A stretch of DNA of 64,000 bases from Catajapyx aquilonaris. Taxonomy: Eukaryota. Where the stretch lies: contig KZ538323.1 in the NCBI GenBank assembly GCA_000934665.2, forward strand, positions 1 to 64,000, given 5' to 3'. Each line of letters starts with the position of its first letter. Position 1 is the first letter of the stretch. The translations under genes were made by a program, and so were the position numbers. The notes beneath the pieces are model-generated. The model had not been told where the DNA came from and did not search any database. It saw only the letters and a program-made list of their open reading frames with translations. Of the stretch, positions 22,108 to 36,360 are shown piece by piece.

Positions 22108-24679
22108 TACGCTTAGTGGTACTAAACTGCTGCTATTAAAGTTGCTTGAATCATCAGTTTTTCCTAACAGAAGTTGACTGCGCCTTCGTGTGATTAGTCA
22201 TTGCAGAAGTTCTGCCCATATTTCCACTGCCGTCTTGGAGCTGGCTGTTTGATCATAATTTTAAATGAATTTCTTACCAGAAAGTGCGTATTAGAGCAAT
22301 GTTAATAATTTAAACCATCGCATGAGGTAATGCACAAATGTACCAACGAAATTACTGATTCGATAGCTCTAACAGCTTGTTAGCGCACGTTAAAAGGGCT
22401 CCTAACGATCCATTAGGAGCTATCGGATCGGTAATTTCAGTTGGTGCAATCGGGCATCATTCTCTTTAACATCTGCTGGAGAGTCTATCCTGCAAAAACA
22501 AATTCTGACATTGTTTCATGTCAATTCTTCTAAAAAAGTTCGCATCATAATCTTACCTCTAAAAGTAATTTATCAAGTGATGGTTTAAAATAAGCAACTT
22601 GCTGCAAAAATATTGCTGTCTGAAACACACTACGTAACAGTACTTGGGATGCAAGTGAGACTTTCAAATGTACTTTTATTGCGTATATATGAAATCTGTT
22701 TTACCCAAGTAATATTTTGCAGAATAGTGTGGCTCTACTATAGGCAAGTTTCACAGTAATTCGAGTACCAAATTTAAGTGCACAGAGCAACATGCCGGTA
22801 AAGAGCATGAGCAACTATCCAGACACTGTAAAATAAATTAATTTATGTTGATTTCCTACTTGCTTTTTATAATGTTGGAAAATTTTTACTATATTTTGCT
22901 ATTGATGTTTGCATGGAGAGGCAAACCAAATGGCAGGGTGTTACTTAATTACAAATGTGAGCTCATGATTATTAATGATAATTAAGCCTTGCAGTGTAAA
23001 AAGTCTGAAATTATTTACAAGAGCTTGTGTTACTAGTAGCTTGTACATTACTTGGCAAGTTATAAGCCCTGAAGGACCCTCTCAAGTATTTGACAAATTG
23101 CAGTTGGCACTTAGCATTAATTGGTAATGACAGTAATGGAAGAGTATGCTCCAGATTTTCACAACTGCCCAGCCCTTTTGATCCACTCGAGGGAGCTTTA
23201 GCAAAGATCCAGTCTGAGCACTCCTTAATGCTGGTGTTGAACCTATATTCAATGGGTCAGACTAATCTTAGGTGTCCTAATTAAGGAATGCTTCTCAACA
23301 CAGTCGTGCTTTTGGGTCCATTTAATAATGAGTAGCTCCGGTCTTGCAGTTCACTAAGGAAACTGATTAACTCAGATGTACGCACGTGCCCCTGACGATT
23401 CTTTTTATGGATGTGGATGTAAGGTACTCGGCTGCATGACATATGCTTACCTTTCAAACCACAGCTGGCTGCATCACTCCTCCTAAAGTTTGTTTACATG
23501 CCATAAGGTCATTGCTTGGGAGATATTGTGAGCACTGCCTGTGCAACTACCTTGAAAGCTGGTTGCACAAAATGTCTATTTCTGGAAGCTTTTGAGAGAC
23601 AGAATCAACAAGATTAAGCAAATAGTTGATGCATTTTTTTTTCGTGAAAGACTTGCGATTTGCCTCTGAATGTATGAAGAGTATTCTGTAGTAGTAACTG
23701 TTGGCTTCTGGAGTAATTACGGTTATTACTTTTTTTTATATAATTTCCTTCCTGTTAGGAAGTGCTAGCTTACGCTTGTAATGCAATAGTAGGAAACTCA
23801 TCTCCGATTACATCAGTAACACATCCTGTACGCAAAACTGTTGTGCCTGCAGTTCCTGCTCACACGTCAGTTACGTTGATGTGTCAAGGCCATAAAAACA
23901 CTGCATATGAAGAAATTACAATGTGGGCACGCAGCAGTTTAGTGCTTTTCTTATCCAGTAACAAATTACTATAGGACTAGGGCGTGCACATATCTCAGGA
24001 TGTGGTTTCATTCAGTTAGTGCTGTCAAGATAATGGGTTGTTTTTTTTGCTGTTGTTTATGGAAATGTCAAGTAAAAAATTGTGTAAATGAAATCATCGT
24101 ACGTTGGGAGTTACATTCAGCAAAGCTATTTTACAAATGAACGTTTTCATCGGCTTTCCTTAATTTCTTTCGGCGTAATTTCACTGTAATTTTCCCCTTG
24201 TTGTTTGCAATCGTTTGACGACCAACACTAAATGGGTTTGGCATGTAAGATTTTGTGTGCCTTATTTTATTATTGACCGTTGTCATCTTGGATTTTGATG
24301 ACAACAGTGCAAGTCACGCCATATTTCAGTGTCCGAATTCCAGGAGACTGGCAATTTTATTGGCAATCTAATTTGTTGGAAGATGCTCAGAAATAATGAA
24401 ATTGAAGTGCCTCTATAAAAAGCAAAATCTATGAGGTGCCTTAGGTGAAAAGGTGGGGTGCAGAATAATCAATAGCCAGATTTTCTTTGATCGTGTGCCC
24501 ACACTGTGAGTGGAGAGGAAAAGCTTGAAAATTCTATTTGTTTTTATAATGCCAAAGGTGGAAGACTTCAGCCCCTTAGTTTGCCCTCTAAAACGTGGCG
24601 CTTTGTGTCGAGTGCTCGGCAGTAGAACATGCATAATTGAGTCACATAAAATGCTAATGATAGTGACATAGATTTATGA

Positions 24680-25608
24680 CGCTCCCATTTTTAAAAAATT
24701 GTTGGATTTTACGATTTGCTTGTGTTTATGGGCTTAAGTTATTGGAGGCGAGAATCCATTATAAATTGAGCAGTTTGAAGCCTTACAAACGACTGACAGG
24801 ATGCTTCCGTTGCACACTGCATTAAGCTGACACCTGGTGTAAGTGGTTCCGGCTCAATAATAGGATTGTCAATATTGTGGGAGCCTGCAGTAGGCTCATC
24901 TTTTAACCAGCAATGCAGCCACAGGAATCCTAGCTTGTGTTGCAACCTGACACTCGTATGTGTTGCTTTGAAATTGAGAAAATTCAATGGGACGTAAGTT
25001 TTTATTTCATTTTGCAGCATGTGATTGTTATATATTTATTTTGTAGTTGGGGAGCGTAGACAGGATGATACTGCCGACTGTTATCTAGTTATCTAGTTAT
25101 CAGCCATATCAATATTTTTTCAGTCGTGGTTCAAAGGACTTTTCACCTAANCGCTCCCATTTTAAAAAAAGTTGTTGGATTTTACGATTTGCTTGTGTTT
25201 ATGAGCGAGAATCCATTATAAATTGAGCAGTTTGGAGCCTTACAAACGACTGACAGGATGCTTCCGTTGCACACTGCATTAAGCTGACACCTGGTGTAAG
25301 TGGTTCCGGCTCAATAATAGGATTGTCAATATTGTGGGAGCCTGCAGTAGGCTCATCTTTTAACCAGCAATGCAGCCACAGGAATCCTAGCTTGTGTTGC
25401 AACCTGACACTCGTATGTGTTGCTTTGAAATTGAGAAAATTCAATGGGACGTAAGTTTTTATTTCATTTTGCAGCATGTGATTGTTATATATTTATTTTG
25501 TAGTTGGGGAGCGTAGACAGGATGATACTGCCGACTGTTATCTAGTTATCTAGTTATCAGCCATATCAATATTTTTTCAGTCGTGGTTCAAAGGACTTTT
25601 CACCTAAT
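24680..25608. repeat. Near-identical ~460-bp tandem duplication split by a single N (probable assembly artefact)
   Basis: 24680-25150 and 25152-25608 differ only by a few indels or substitutions near the start. The N at 25151 is exactly at the junction. Confidence 0.85.
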
Positions 25609-25956
25609 TGACATCATTGCGGAATTTGGCTGTGTTCGCACCTTTCCTAATTGAGTACACCTGTAATCTAAATCATGTCACTGTGCGTTAACCCATCATC
25701 GTAATATAAGTATTTTTTAGCTTGGGTGGTGCTGCTGTGAGAAATCCATAAAGGCAATTTAGCACAGGTCTATAGTGTGAAATGGGAACTCGTGAGGATG
25801 GGCCATTGCAGTGGGTTCACTTTAATAAGGACATCCTGCCTGCCACCAATTCACAAAAACCTGCCCCTCCTTTTCTTTTTTTATTTTCAGAGAGAGGTGA
25901 TCGGCTGAAAGAGCAGTGGTAACTTTCCAAAGTTGGTCGGATAACCCCCGGAGAAG

Positions 25957-28900
25957 ATGCCGCTCCCAAAGCGTGTTGTGGAACCCGTGCATGTGTCCCG
26001 CGGGACTATTCCGGACCACTTCCCGCTACCAAACGACCTGGAAGCAGTGACCAACGGGAGCCTGGCAAACATAGTTCGTCAGCTTTCCAGTCTGAGCAAA
26101 CATGCAGAAGAAATGTTTGGCGAACTTTCCCGGGAAGCCGAGGGGCTTGCAGTCAGGAGTAACAGTCTCCAGGCTCGAATTGACAGGCTCGCAATCAAGG
26201 TCACGCAACTGGACAGCAACGTCGAGGAGGGTCAGTCATTAGTACTACTGTTTCGCCTGATCAAATTGGAAGATGCCAGTTCAAAGGCCTGCTAATAAAA
26301 ATATCCCAACTCTAATTAATGTCGACTGCATCATGTTATTTGTGTTGAAATTTCTGAAATTAGTAAAGAAAAGAAGTGGGTCAATTTTTTAATAATAATT
26401 ATTGTCCATTTTTTTTAATGCCTGAAAGTTATGAAGGAGAAATTATCCAATCAGCACTTGTCATATTCGAAACCAATTTGACGAGTAGCTCATAATTTTG
26501 TGCTTCAAATTTTGTTAAGCATAATAATTGAAAAACGGCGTAATCATGAAGCTAGTGACTGTGAGTAACTGACATTCAAAACGAGGAAATGACAAATGCA
26601 GGAAATGGATATGTTCAGCCGCTTGATAACGAGAGTATTTTGAGTAATCATCTGCCTCATAATCCCTATGGTTATGTTGTTTTTTTTCCTGGAGTCTAAT
26701 GAATGTTTTTAATCCTTCTCAACAGTGTCACTTCAAGATATTCACATGAGGAAGGCGTTCAAGAGCACGGTTGTGTTTGACCAGCAAGTGTTTTCAAGGG
26801 ACACAATGCCTCTGTCAATGCTCGAAACATACAGGTTATGCGACAAACCTCCGCCGTTGGATAAGCTCAACCCATACAGGTTACTATTCACATTACGCCA
26901 TAAATGGATCAATTGATTTTAACATGAGTTTCTCGCTTTAGGGAGGATGGAAAGGATGGACTGAAATTCTACACTGATCCAGACTACTTCTTCGAGCTGT
27001 GGAAGCAGGAGATGATCAAGGACACCGAACGTATGATGCATGACAGAGGAAAGAAGGTACGGTTTTCGCTTGAGTTTGTCGCTGTTAAACACCTCGCGAC
27101 CGCAATGAGAATTGACAAAATGTTCTTTCTTCCACCGATAGCACTCGCAATTAGGAGAGCCTACTCATGAGGCAAGTGTCATACGCAATTACGCATGTAG
27201 CTTTAGTCTCATTTTGTTGTTCCCCCCCCCCCCCCCCCCNNNNNNNNNNNNNNNNNNNNNNNNNNNNNNNNNNNNNNNNNCCCCCCCCCCCCCCCCCTCA
27301 TGTCCCTGTAGAGTTTTTGCACTGCATGTTGTACGCCTTGGCAGGCGCAAATGATAGCAACAGGCATTTTTGATAAGTGCATGAAATCTGTCGCCATTAT
27401 TTGCACCCGTTTCCATCTGAGTTGAAAATTGCATAGCTTTTGGTAACCCTTTGTTCAAGTGTGACAGAGACATAACGGGTTAGAGAGCTTACCGTAACAC
27501 GTAATAAGGCTGACAAAAAAAGGACCTCTTTCCACATTGTTGCCTTTATTGTCTGCTAAAAAGAAGGTCAGGTCAAAACTTTTGGAGACAAAGGATCACA
27601 GGTTTAATGTAGTGGAACATATTTGCATAACAAGGCAAGGGGGAAGAGTATTTTTTTTCAATGTTGCGTAAAAAGTCCAGTGGAAAGGTTGGTAGCTTAG
27701 ATTCCTCGTAGTTTGCACTGTTTTTTTTTTGTTTTTTTTGGTGACTGAGCTTGGTGTGTTTTGCTGCTGTAATACTTTTTTTTTTTACTGATTGCAAGAG
27801 AGTGTATGTAACAGCTGGTGTTCTTTCCGCTTGGTTTGTTGCCCCAGCCACACAAACCGAGGGCAGAAGGCGGTGGGAGGCACAAGAAGCGGGTTAGGCA
27901 GCCGCACAACACACGGGAGAGGCAACGGCAGATTGCCGTGGGGCATGGCGAATACATCATGCCTCAGAATTCACACTACCATGCATCACAAGTAAGCCTT
28001 GCCATTTTTGTGCGAAAAAACTAAACGATTTTTGCCAGTTGAATGCCCCTTATTTTTTGTGCCGAATGCAGGCAGCGAATGGAAAGTGTGCTGTGCAGTG
28101 TGGGTTCAGTGGAAAACTGGTGTTAACTAGGCCCCCTTTTGATTTCTTCCCTACTAAATGCCGCTTCGTTTATCTTTTAAACATGTGTGAGGATTATTAT
28201 AAAATGTATTTGCTATTGACAATTACGGTACAGTGACACCTGCTTGTGGGAGATCCTAAATCGAGCAGAAACTTGTCCAATTATTGTCTCGACAGATTAC
28301 AGAGACTTTTCATCATGTATATTGGATATGTGCTACAGGCAGGTTTCACCGTGTATTGAAGCTGCATAAATCGTTGATGCGATTCAAGTGTCTCTAAAAT
28401 ACATTTAACTGAAAATGAAATGGCTGCATAATCATACCAGGAATATTTAATTTGCAGATATTACTGTTGTAATGTCTGACTCAAATATCCACTGAACTTG
28501 TAGATATTGCATGGTACATCAAATTAGTCAAAAAAAAAAAACAAGTTCATGGGGTCAATTTGAAGCCGGCCTGTTAGTTATAACATTTTTGACCAAGTTC
28601 ATTGTGGGTAGAATCTGGAAATTGACCTCCGTTGAGAAAGTGATCTGTCAGTGTAATATAAGTTGTAGCAAATACTTTTTTTTCTCCGTAGATTAGACTT
28701 ATTCTGTACACAGGTTGACAACTGAAATTAATATTGGTAGAACTTTAGGATTTTCAGGGACTCATTGCATGTCATAATAGCGTAGAGCTAGTCGCAAGAG
28801 GGACAGATGTACTCGAGACATTACTTGTACATTAGACTCGACTGGGAGGTATGCCTGGATCATTCCTATGTCATTGTGACTCCAAATTGTGTGTCTCTGT

Positions 28901-31900
28901 CCCTCCAGTGTTGTTGTAGCTTAATGTAAGCGCACAATATCTTGGACTGTAGCTGGGTGCACATGTAAAAATTGCGCCAATCACCTAGATGCACATAATG
29001 TTGACCCTGATGTTCATTTGCCTGTAGGCTTATTGGGAGAACAGGAAAATACGTCAGTTGCGTATTGAAATTTTCAGATTTGTGCTACTGGAAATGTGAA
29101 AGCTTAGTGCTTGTTACTTATACTGCAATATGTTGTGATCAACATAAGGTAAAAATGTCATATGACTTAGGAAGCACCAGGAATGTTTAAAATGTGTGTA
29201 GCTTTATATCTATGAGAGATTAGGATACCAGAAAATATGTGAATCGTATCAGTATTATAATTAGTCTAGAGTATTGTCATCGTTACACTACTGTGAAATC
29301 TATATTCTGAATGGATTTTTGTTAAAGTGCGACAGATCTATTGCATATCCCATGTAACTATCACAAAAAAATTATTTGCTGCGTCCATTGCAGACAGATT
29401 TCACAGCAGATGGAAGACTTCTGACGTTCATTTTTCATTTTGTTTTTTAGTCACATGATTTTCATTTCAAGAGCATTTCTGTCCTAGAAGTTTTCTAACT
29501 GTTCCCCCTTTCACCCAGCCCATGCAGCAGCACATAGAGGAGACGATCTCGATCCAGGAGCAGAAGCCGTCCCGCCCGAACAGCATTGAGATCAAGAAGA
29601 ACTATCCGCCGCATGTGTCGGAGGACGGTCCATACAGTCCTCGACATCTCAGGAGTCCCGTCTCTGCTGCATCTACTGCCACCTCCACCGACCCACCGCA
29701 GTATAGGCAGAGTTCTCCGAGACCCTATGACGAAATGTACCAGTACAACACCTCCCAGTATGCGCTTGATCTCTACAACAGTGCTGCTGCATCAGTTCAA
29801 ACACCAACAAGGGCAGTGTCACGGGCTTCATCTCAGAGGCCATCTCAGCCACCTCCTGCTCCACCACCTGTACAAGCAGGGTCAGGTGCTTCAACGCCAA
29901 CTCCCTCTTCAACATCAACACCTACAAGGATGCGCAGCATGAGTGGTCGTGAGAGCCTACCGCCTCCACCACTGCCTCCAGTCGACACCATTCCAGTCAA
30001 TGGCACATCGCCAGCAGTAGCCCGTGTCAATCACGTGTCTGCAACATCATCTGCGCACTCGACACCAACACATGGACAATATCCTAGGGCGGTACCAGTT
30101 GCACCTCTGGTTGCAGCGGCAGTAGAAGCATTTGGAAACCACATTGACGAAGCTGGTGACTTGCCGCCGCCGCCACCTACACCTGACCAACAAGCAAGGG
30201 CATCGTCGGAGGACAGGATGATGCCCCCACCATCTCCGCCACCTCCACCACCAACCGTGGCACCAATAGAGAGCGTAGTACATCCAACCCCGCCACCTCC
30301 ACCTCCTCCTCCACCGTTGCCCGAGATCATGTCAAATGGACCTACGACTGCACCTCTTGTCAATGGAGACATGAAGAGTATGGTGAAACAGGTGCGTTTA
30401 GGAAAGGCTACATGCTCTAACCATGTGCAAGTTACTGGTTAGACTGTGACTTCCAGATGATTTTAAAACGAAATTAATAATTATTTCCTTCATGTAGAAT
30501 TCTGGCTCTCCGCCTCCAAAGTCATCATCCCCTCCGAAACAGCAGACGGAAGTGTCTGCGGCCAACTCACCCAAGAACAAGAACCTTCCTGATGCACCTT
30601 GCGAGGCCAGGTCAGATCTACTCAAGGCAATCCGCGATGGTAGGCATTCACATGAAATTATTAATTCTTTGACTCACACTCTCTCACAAGATTTCTTGAA
30701 ATAGTGTTTTTTGCTATCTGCTCTAAAGAGGAAGGCTAAGGTGGTCAATGTCAAGTAAAATTACATGTTGATCTTGTTGTCGATTTGTAAGCCCTCGTTG
30801 CAAAATTTGTGTCGAAGTTATTCTGCATAAATGCAGCAAATGGTCAGTGTTGATTTTCTTCCCAAGGCTGCAGATGTACGACAAAAGTGCAATTGCTCGA
30901 TGTTTGTACTTGTGTGGGGGTTGTTGCATTGACTAGTTGCAGCCTTGAACACCCACAGTTCGTTTCATTTATTGGTCACTGAACTCGGAGATCCATTGCA
31001 TACAAGGAAGTCTCCGTTCAGAGAAAATCATATTAAAATATAATTTGGAATTTGACAGATCACTATCATGACAATCTACAAATTGCAGAAGGATAATTGG
31101 CACGTGAAAGTTTTCCTTCCCAATGTCAGTAATGCATATTCATAATCCGTAGATTTGACCTTGATCCAATTCTGGCTGCAAAATAAAAAGGTGCTGCAGT
31201 TACTAATTTCGCTGTCAGGTATTGCAAAATTTTAGAGAAGGTTCTTCCTCAATTGATGTTAATTGGGAGTGGCCTGAACCAAGGTCCAATAATTGTATGA
31301 ATGATAATTAAGGTCAAATCTCAGATTATTACCTGCAACTAATGGTCAATAAGATGAAAACATTCCATCACGTCTCAACAACTTTGCTGAAATTCCAGTG
31401 GTATTGTGCTCTAATCGTACTGTACAGTGTTGGACATGAATCGCGTCGTACTGCTAGCGACATTTTCCGAAGCGGCAGAAGAACGAATCTTGCTCGTACG
31501 GCTTGCACTATCCATTGCTTCAATTCGTTCTTCTGCCGCTTCGGAAAATGTTGCTAGCAGTATGAGGGATTAATGTCCAACACTGTACGGTATGTGAAGA
31601 TTACGCTATTCGCTACTACATATTCACGTTGCTGGAATTTCTCTAAAGCCGGAGACATTCGTGATAGAGTGTTGCCACTTTTTGGCCGTAATACATATAA
31701 TGTGTAAAGATGATTTATCCCTCAGTGTATTTGCTTGTTTTTGCAGGTGGCAATTTTAAAATTATGATGCGGTACTCTTGCAGGCAAAAAGTGGGCGTGT
31801 GGCAGTTCATGTTGATCACATCATTTCAAAACAAAGCAACATATCTCTTGCTGATAACTATTTTTATGGGGGTTTAGAAACAGCTGTCATGTGGCTCTTG

Positions 31901-32637
31901 TTTGCTCGCATTGGTTACGCAATTTATGGTGTTATTTGGCTTCCAAAAGCTACTGACAACAAATTTCATGCAATTAGAGCACTGACCACAATTTGAAGGG
32001 TTTAAGCACACAAGGTCATAACATTTCAAGCAGATTTTGTTGCGAGCCCTTGACATTGATTATGGCCGCCTTCCACAGCTGCTCATAAAAACTTGCAAAA
32101 GGTGTTGTTTTTCAAGGCATTTGGAAGGTCTAAATTACCGTAATGTCTTTGTTTATTCCTGCTACTCCTTAGTGCTCCTCAGTGGAAAAGAAACAAGTAT
32201 GCTGATTTCCATTTTGACGTTGGGTAATCTTCAGAAAGTATTAATGTGGCATCCCACAAACACTGTGCATCATGTTGGCCATGTTATGGCGAAATGTTAA
32301 TTTTTTCTTTTTGTGCCTTCTATGCATGCATAGTTTTGTTAACTAATCAGAGTGTCCTTTTGGTGGCAAAAGTTTCAAAATTAGTCTTTTAGCTGTTGTC
32401 ATGTGGCGACGTCTGCCCTTTTTTTCTTACGATTCACCACTTTGTGTTTTTTTTTCTCCAGGCATCAAACTTCGCAAGGTGGAGAAGATCGAAGCAAAGG
32501 AGGTTGAGAGGAGCTCGGCATTGCACGACGTGGCGTCTATCTTGGCCAGGCGGGTTGCCGTTGAGATGTCTGATACTGACTCTGCGTCTGAGAGCGAGTA
32601 CGACAGCGACGGTTGGGAGGACGAGTGTAGTGCCTGA
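25957..32637 (+). CDS. SCAR: SCAR/WAVE (WASF family) Arp2/3 activator, ~625 aa; exons 25957-26230, 26726-26879, 26942-27056, 27848-27991, 29519-30391, 30498-30639, 32462-32637
   Basis: WHD ([15 protein letters not shown]...[19 protein letters not shown]...[13 protein letters not shown]), basic region, proline-rich region, WH2 ([17 protein letters not shown]), C helix ([13 protein letters not shown]) and an acidic tail with W. Phases are consistent. Confidence 0.97.
28231..28353. mobile_element. pogo/Tigger-like MITE in a SCAR intron
   Basis: ta-cagtgacacctgc...gcaggtttcaccgtg-ta inverted ends. Confidence 0.55.
31425..31585. mobile_element. Palindromic Tc1/mariner-type MITE in a SCAR intron
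   Basis: TA flanks and ~65-bp inverted arms cagtgttggacat...gcggcagaagaacgaat. Related to 10265-10560. Confidence 0.85.
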
Positions 32638-35600
32638 GGGCAGGGGAACGGGGGGGAGGAGGACCAAGGGGGAGGCGGGGGCCGGGATGAAGGAGAGAAG
32701 CCCCAGTGTAAGGAGCCTCAAGCGGTGTGAGTTCCCTCGACCTCCCACCCAAAGTGACATGGCCAGAGTCAAAAACATGCAAACTGCTGGGGGGCGTAAC
32801 TTATGACTGAATTTGTCGCAAGCAGCATTATCGTTGAACAGGAATGCCCTTTTTACTCGGGTTTAATGCAACTCATGGTGTATTTTCAGGTATGAGAGCA
32901 ACGGGTAGTCACTTGGTGCAATTGTGGCCATTTGGGCAATAGACGCACCTATTGGTTGATTTCACTGCGGATATTTGTGGAATAAGCAAGCGAAAAGATG
33001 CGGACGTCTCGTTGCGGATTTACCGGAGGAGCCGAAGCAACTATAGGCTGCGAGACACTTGGTCTCCAGCTGTGACAATGCTGCACGATAGCGTCCGTAT
33101 TTTTTTGCTTGCGATTGTACGTAGTACATGTAAAGGCGTAAATTATTCTCGATGCAAAATTGAATCGGACTGGACCTAAAATGCAGTTGGCATGGTTTTG
33201 CCTCCAGCTGAACTCTTTTTTTTTTTTTTCTTTCGTAAGCGGTTGTGCTGATTGACAAAAAAAGAACCTAACATTAAGAAAATGTAGTTGCAGGAGGGTG
33301 AAACCGGTAATTCCGACCCCCAAAAAAATGACAATACTGACCAATCATTTTTTTTTTTCAATTACCTTGTCTGTTTTTTCAACTGTTTGGTGTAAATGAG
33401 TACCCCTTCCCTAAACAAGCACTTGTAAAAATTCGTAGCTCAACCTGCGAGTATTTTTTTTTTGTTGGATTTCAATCACATTCCCTGTTCTGTGTCTATC
33501 CAAATGGTGCTTCCATTCAGTTGGGACATTTCAAGTTTCTACCGGGGGACTATGCTCAACTTAGGGCCGCTTGCATTTTCCCACAAATTGATTTTTTATT
33601 TTTTTTGTAGCCGGAAAAAAATAAAAATGAACTTTGTACTGGCAAGGCTCAAAGTGTGCCAGATCCAGTGAGGGGGTCAGTTCGCTGAAGGGGGGTGGAA
33701 ACAGAAAACGCATCTTGTTGTGGCCAAAGACTGTAGGTTAGCATAGGTTATAATGAAGCAAGATTTGAATGGCGATTAGGTCCATATTAACCACCTCCAA
33801 ACCCTCCCTTTTCCTCCTGCAGCCCCCCCAAGTAATGTAATTCCAGATGTAAATAATTGCCGAGTGTAACTGTTTTTGTACTCTTCTTTTTTTTTGTTGT
33901 TGGTTGTTCCTCCTTCCAGTCGCAAATGGAAAAATGCTTTGGCTTGAGGAAATTTGCAAATTAGTTTTGTGCCTTGGGGAAAAAATGGCGGTGTGAAGCT
34001 TTGTATATAAGAGACAGGTTTTGGAATCGGGTCAATGCGAGTTAACTCCTTATTGCGTAGGAACTAAAAAAAACTGAAGGGGGACAAAAAATAATAATAA
34101 ACCGCAGTAGAGGTGTAACATAGTAACCCTGTTCCTCTGCCCTTCCAAAAAAATAATAATAATCATAATGAAAAGTATAATATCCCCGAGTCCTTGTAAA
34201 GAAGCTTATATGTATGGAAGTTGCAAATTCTAGTTGTCCCCTACCCATACTCATTATATGTATTTATTACCTTCGTCTTAGAGTTGGACTGGGATATTGT
34301 TACTATTTCCAGGCCATTCTTTGACACATATTCCGAGAATTTAAACAAAACAAAAACAAGTAAAATGATATATATATAGTGAATGGAAGCAAAATGACGG
34401 AGATGGATGGTCGCTTCCGCTTGCAAATTTTATACCCAAACTTTGCTGCTGGATGATCTTGCATGCAAGTGACGAAAAAAAAAAAGGAGAAAAAAAAAAT
34501 TTGTAAAGTTCCCTAAAATTATGAATGGTGATAATGACTTTCTAGCAAATAAAACGGTGCGAGAGAGTACATAAATAAAACTGGTACACAACTTTTTCTG
34601 CCATTTCCATTTTCAGCACAAGACTATTGACCTGTATGTTCAACAGTGGGTTTCATCATACTTTTTTTTTTTTTTTTTAATGTTGCATTGTTAAAATTAC
34701 ACCCTTTCTCCAAAACTGATCTCAGCCGTGAAACTCATTGCATCAGAAACCTGTGGCCGCCAAACCTAGACCGGACCTTTATTTTTTTTTCCAGGTGTAA
34801 TTATTACGTCGCGTCCTTGCAACTGCAATAACCATGTAATTACAGGCTCGGACTTTACAAATTGCGGCTTTGCCATTAACCGATGCATGAAACGCGTAAC
34901 ATAATTTCCACCTTATCGACATAGTCCAAACGGTCATAAATAATGGCGTATGTCCAACTTTTTTTTCCGCGACCTTGTTTACATATTTGCTGTCCTACGC
35001 ATTTAATGCCCCATTGATATTTTTACATGTGGTAATCCGCAAGTATCTTGATGGAATTTTGAGGGATTTTTTTTTTTTTGTGGCGGTTTCCCCGACCCAT
35101 CCAGGCGCCAATTGTGTCATTTGATGACATGAAAAACAAGTTACTATCTTGAACGCTCTTTACGTCACTCGTTAAACGCCTGATTATTAATGCGCTTTTG
35201 TAGTTTCAGAAGGACAAATTTATTAAATCACGATTTAGCAATATTATAGTAGCTTCACTTTCTATCCTCGTGATTATTTTTTTTACCGGTTGTTATGCAA
35301 CATGTAATGCATGGAAAATGTCATCAGGACAAGATTAATTTTAACAGCCTGCCACCTTTTTTCCTGTTGACTTTGCAATTGCGCCTTTGGACATTTTTAA
35401 CACTAGTTAAAAAAAAACAACAACGTAAACAAGCAATGTTTGTGAACGACTCAAGGTTTTCGCCAGCAAGACCAGACTACTTTTTTTGTAAGCAAATCAT
35501 TTCGCAGCTTGTCGATCATTGTGTTGAACCAATATGTACAGAGGTCATATGTAGTTGTGTTTCGTGAGATAAAAGGTCAGTACGCAGCATACACAAACAA

Positions 35601-35764
35601 CTATGCGCTGGCATGACCTCAGATCAAAAGGATGCCGCACCGTATGTTTTGAAACAAGGTTGTTAGACGCCAGTTACCCAACCTCACACTTATTCTTTAG
35701 GCGCCTGACTGACCTCTCAGGGTCATAGGTCAGGTCATTGTGGAGCCAAGAATTCTGCCGATAT

Positions 35765-36360
35765 TTGTAGGCCCATTTTTTTGCTTCCATTGCTAAGCCC
35801 CACAATTATATAGCAATTTCCAATACAAATTAGTGCGATAGGTCAATCACCTGTGGGTGCCGCCATTTTTGGTCCATACCATATTTTTGTGAAATTTGCT
35901 TACTTTTTTCCCTCACTTAACCCATTTTTTGCTTCCATTGCTAAGCCCCACAATTACATTGCAATTTCCAATATAAATTACTGCAATAGGTCAATCACAT
36001 GTGGGTTCCGCCATTTTTGGTCCATACCATATTTTGGTGAAATTTTCTTACTTTTTCCCATCATTTTGCCCATTTGTTTGCTTCCATTATTTCTAGCCCC
36101 ACAATTATGTTGCAATTTCCAATACAAATTAGTGCGATATGTCACGTACCTGTGGATGCCGCCATTTTTGGTCCATATATTTTGGCGAAATTTGCTTACT
36201 TTTTCTCTCACTTTGCCATATTTGTTGGCCCTTATTTTGCTTCCATTATTTGTAAGCCCCACAATTATATTGCAATTTCCAATACAAATTAGTGCGGTAG
36301 GGCAATCACCTGTGGGTGCCGCCATTTTTGGTCCATATATATTTTGCCAAATTTCATACC
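35765..36360. repeat. Tandem repeat, about 4 units of ~150-160 bp
   Basis: gcttccatt...agccccacaatta...gcaatttccaatacaaattagtgcg...tgtgggtgccgccatttttggtccata recurs at ~35772, 35921, 36069 and 36230. Confidence 0.9.

Noticed and set aside
24680..25608. Real tandem duplication encoding two 92-93-aa ORFs
   Set aside because: An N sits exactly at the junction of near-identical copies, which points to an unmerged contig or haplotype overlap. The ORFs are antisense, intronic and featureless.
27221..27298. Poly-Pro exon of SCAR
   Set aside because: It is a poly-C run around an assembly gap. The flanking exons join in frame without it.
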